Part shown: piece after piece, positions 38,191 through 40,313 of the stretch
Position numbering within the stretch: position 1 is the first letter of the stretch
How the letters are laid out: every line of letters starts with the position of its first letter
NCBI GenBank assembly: GCA_034669905.1
Contig: JAXMOL010000066.1
Span: 1 to 40,313 of the forward strand
Reading direction: 5' to 3'
DNA length: 40,313 bases
DNA from: Candidatus Hydrogenedentota bacterium
GTDB taxonomy: Bacteria; Hydrogenedentota; Hydrogenedentia; Hydrogenedentales; JAEUWI01
Program-made: the position numbers and the translations under genes
Notes under the pieces: model-generated
Databases searched by the model: none
What the model was told of the DNA's origin: nothing
Seen by the model: the letters and a program-made list of their open reading frames with translations, nothing else

Positions 38191-38834
38191 GCACCGCGCC
38201 GCAGGAAACGGTCGTGCTGGTCCATGGCCTCGGGCGGAGCCGTCTGTCCCTTCGAACGCTGGCCCGTCGAATAGAAAACGCGGGATTCGCTACGGCCAAC
38301 GTGCCCTATGCCCCCACCTTTCATCGCTTTGAAACCCTGGTGGCGGACTTCCACGACTTTCTCGTGGAAAACGTAAAAACCGAGCGCTATCACCTCGTCG
38401 GTCATTCGCTGGGGAACATCCTCATCCGCGCGCGCTTTGCCCACGGTTACCCGACCGAGCTGGGCCGCATTGTCATGCTGGCCCCTCCCAACCACCCCCC
38501 ACGACTGGCCCGCAAACTGCACAAGTTCCCACCCTTCCGACTATGGGCGGGCGACAGCGGACAACAGCTCGCATCGCGGGAGTTTTACGCCACCCTCCCC
38601 ACGCCCACGGTTCCCTTTGGGGTTATCGCAGGTGACAAGGGGCAACGGCTCACCTTTGGAGAGCCCAACGATGGCATAGTAACGGTCAAAAGCACGCGCC
38701 TGGCGGGGATGAAGGAACACCTGGTCTTGCCCCACACCCACACCTTCATGATGAACAGCCCGGCGGTTGCGGAAGCCACAATCCACTTTCTGCAGCACGA
38801 AAACTTTGGCGTAACGTCGGCGAAAGATGAATAA
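38187..38834 (+). CDS. Alpha/beta hydrolase (lipase/esterase-like)
   Basis: VLVHGLG, GHSLG nucleophile elbow, MLAPPN, NDGIV and HTFMM. ATGA overlap with the CPBP gene. Confidence 0.9.
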   Translation: MSTAPQETVVLVHGLGRSRLSLRTLARRIENAGFATANVPYAPTFHRFETLVADFHDFLVENVKTERYHLVGHSLGNILIRARFAHGYPTELGRIVMLAPPNHPPRLARKLHKFPPFRLWAGDSGQQLASREFYATLPTPTVPFGVIAGDKGQRLTFGEPNDGIVTVKSTRLAGMKEHLVLPHTHTFMMNSPAVAEATIHFLQHENFGVTSAKDE

Positions 38835-38890
38835 ACAGCGCGCCGAACGGTAGAATAACCACGCGGTTCAACCCATCGAAAGGAATCTGC

Positions 38891-39913
38891 ATGTCTGCTG
38901 TTACCCGAATGCGCCGAGGCTGGCACCTGGGTTATCGAAGCCTACGGATTGTTCTCACGGACAAGACGCTCCTGCTCTTTCCGATGATTCCCTTTACCAC
39001 AGCCATCGCGGTCATTGCGTCCTTCGCCGCCATCGCGGGGACGGATGATCTGCTCTGGACCCTCTTCTTCGTTAACTCGCTGAAGCATATGCGCTACCTC
39101 GCCCTCGGCTATGCCATTGTGGCCACCGTATCTGTCTTCTTCTCGCTGGGCCTGGTGGCCTGCGCCCGCATCCGCATTGATGAGCGGGACTCTAAATTTA
39201 TGGATGGCATGTTGGCGGGACTGAGGAAGTTTCACTGGGTCGTGCTCTGGGCGCTGATCTCCTGGACCATCGGGCCCATACTCAATTTGTTGGACCACCT
39301 GCGCTATACGTCCCAATGGGTCCAGCGAATTACGAAGACCAACTGGTCGCAATTGAGCTATTTTCTGCTGCCGATACTCGTGAACGACAACGTCAATATG
39401 TTCTCGGCGATACGCCGTTCCACCACGACGACGGCGAAGGCCTGGGGCAAGGGGGCCGTTTCTCAGTTGGGCTTCATGTGGTTCTTCTGGATCATGAACA
39501 TCCCCACCATCATTCTTATTATCCTGGGGGTATATCGCGAAGGCCCCTGGCCGAGTTCGCTGACCTTTGTGGTCCTGGCCATGGTCTATTTCACGATTCT
39601 TATTTACCAGACGGCCAGCGCCATCTTGAGCGTGGTGCTTTACAAATATGCGCAGAATGGCACGGTAGTTGAGGGCTTTGATGAAGCCTGGATGAAGGAA
39701 GCCTTCAAGCGGCCTCAGGTATACCGCCTGGTGGAAGACGATCCAAACGACGACTACGAGCCAGTGGAAGAAGTCCCGGCACCCGAAGGTGTCGCCCCGG
39801 CTCCAGGCGCGAACGACGCGGCCACCGAAGAAAGTGCCGTGGAGGATATCCCCGCACCGACGGAAGTGGAACCTGCAGATGAGAATGACGACGCCCCACA
39901 GAAGAGCGAGTAG
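38891..39913 (+). CDS. Multi-pass membrane protein, DUF6159-like, with acidic disordered C-terminal tail
   Basis: AAGGA RBS. The start RMRRGWHLGYRSLRIVLTDKTLLLFP, W..LSYFLLPILV, AIRRS...KAWG and LYKYA resemble DUF6159 (recognised from memory, not searched). Confidence 0.7.
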   Translation: MSAVTRMRRGWHLGYRSLRIVLTDKTLLLFPMIPFTTAIAVIASFAAIAGTDDLLWTLFFVNSLKHMRYLALGYAIVATVSVFFSLGLVACARIRIDERDSKFMDGMLAGLRKFHWVVLWALISWTIGPILNLLDHLRYTSQWVQRITKTNWSQLSYFLLPILVNDNVNMFSAIRRSTTTTAKAWGKGAVSQLGFMWFFWIMNIPTIILIILGVYREGPWPSSLTFVVLAMVYFTILIYQTASAILSVVLYKYAQNGTVVEGFDEAWMKEAFKRPQVYRLVEDDPNDDYEPVEEVPAPEGVAPAPGANDAATEESAVEDIPAPTEVEPADENDDAPQKSE

Positions 39914-40152
39914 TCTTTGGGGCTGGTGAAAGAGGCGGTTTGGGTTGTGCGCGCGGGGGACTGCCTGCGCCGCAGTGCAGGTCGCGCTGAATGCCACGTT
40001 AACTGCGGTAAGGAAAGGTCAACCCCGATACGCGAGGCTGTATTGGCAGTATGGCGTGATGGTGGGTCAGGGATGCAGCTCCTCAGGATGCAGAAAGATG
40101 CGGCACATACCGGAAGAACCCGTGGTAGCATCACGCGCCCTTTCCATACGCC

Positions 40153-40257
40153 GCAAGCAAGCTTGCTTCATGAAAGCATAAGCAAGCGTACGCACTCCAA
40201 AGGAGACGCTCTGGAGTGTGGCAGCTTGCTGCTACTTTGATGAGGGAGCTTGCTCCC
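40153..40257. repeat. Degenerate GGAG-type REP-like palindrome cluster
   Basis: AAAGCATAAGCAAGCGTACGCACTCCA...TGGAGTGTGGCAGCTTGCTGCTACTTT inverted pair, flanked by AAGCAAGCTTGCTT and GGGAGCTTGCTCCC palindromes. Confidence 0.5.
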
Positions 40258-40313
40258 GACGGACGCGGTGAGACACTACGCTAAGCGGTAGACGTCGTAG
40301 TAACATCACGCGC

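Noticed and set aside
39917..40240. 107-aa ORF near the right edge
   Set aside because: No RBS or motif, and it runs through the palindromic repeat cluster.

Overview
A 40.3-kb, GC-rich bacterial chromosomal segment with about 26 credible CDSs. I saw no rRNA, tRNA, CRISPR array or intact mobile element. Long (Gly-Glu)n linkers in secreted proteins suggest Candidatus Hydrogenedentota, but this is inference. Housekeeping and metabolic genes: SixA-like phosphatase, acyl-CoA dehydrogenase, CHAD protein, cysteine desulfurase, DegT aminotransferase, PaaI thioesterase, rtcA-rtcB RNA repair genes behind a sigma54-like promoter, icmF with a TetR regulator, MscS, a B12-radical SAM fusion, adk, a CPBP protease and an alpha/beta hydrolase. 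These are mixed with many secreted or surface proteins. The most notable signal is a shared C-terminal tail on four secreted proteins: Cys-x(11-15)-[GA]D[VI][VF]L[LM], then a TM helix, then basic residues, usually right after a (GE)n tract. This is a candidate lineage-specific protein-sorting signal, and it coexists with a classical PEP-CTERM protein. Other points of interest: a tandem trio of paralogous zinc-metalloprotease surface proteins whose accessory domains are bounded by GE microsatellites, a clan CD protease-like domain lacking both catalytic residues, a structured 375-nt leader upstream of rtcA, and GGAG-type REP-like palindrome pairs. A large ORF missing from the supplied track (2449 to the left edge, minus strand) was reconstructed by hand.
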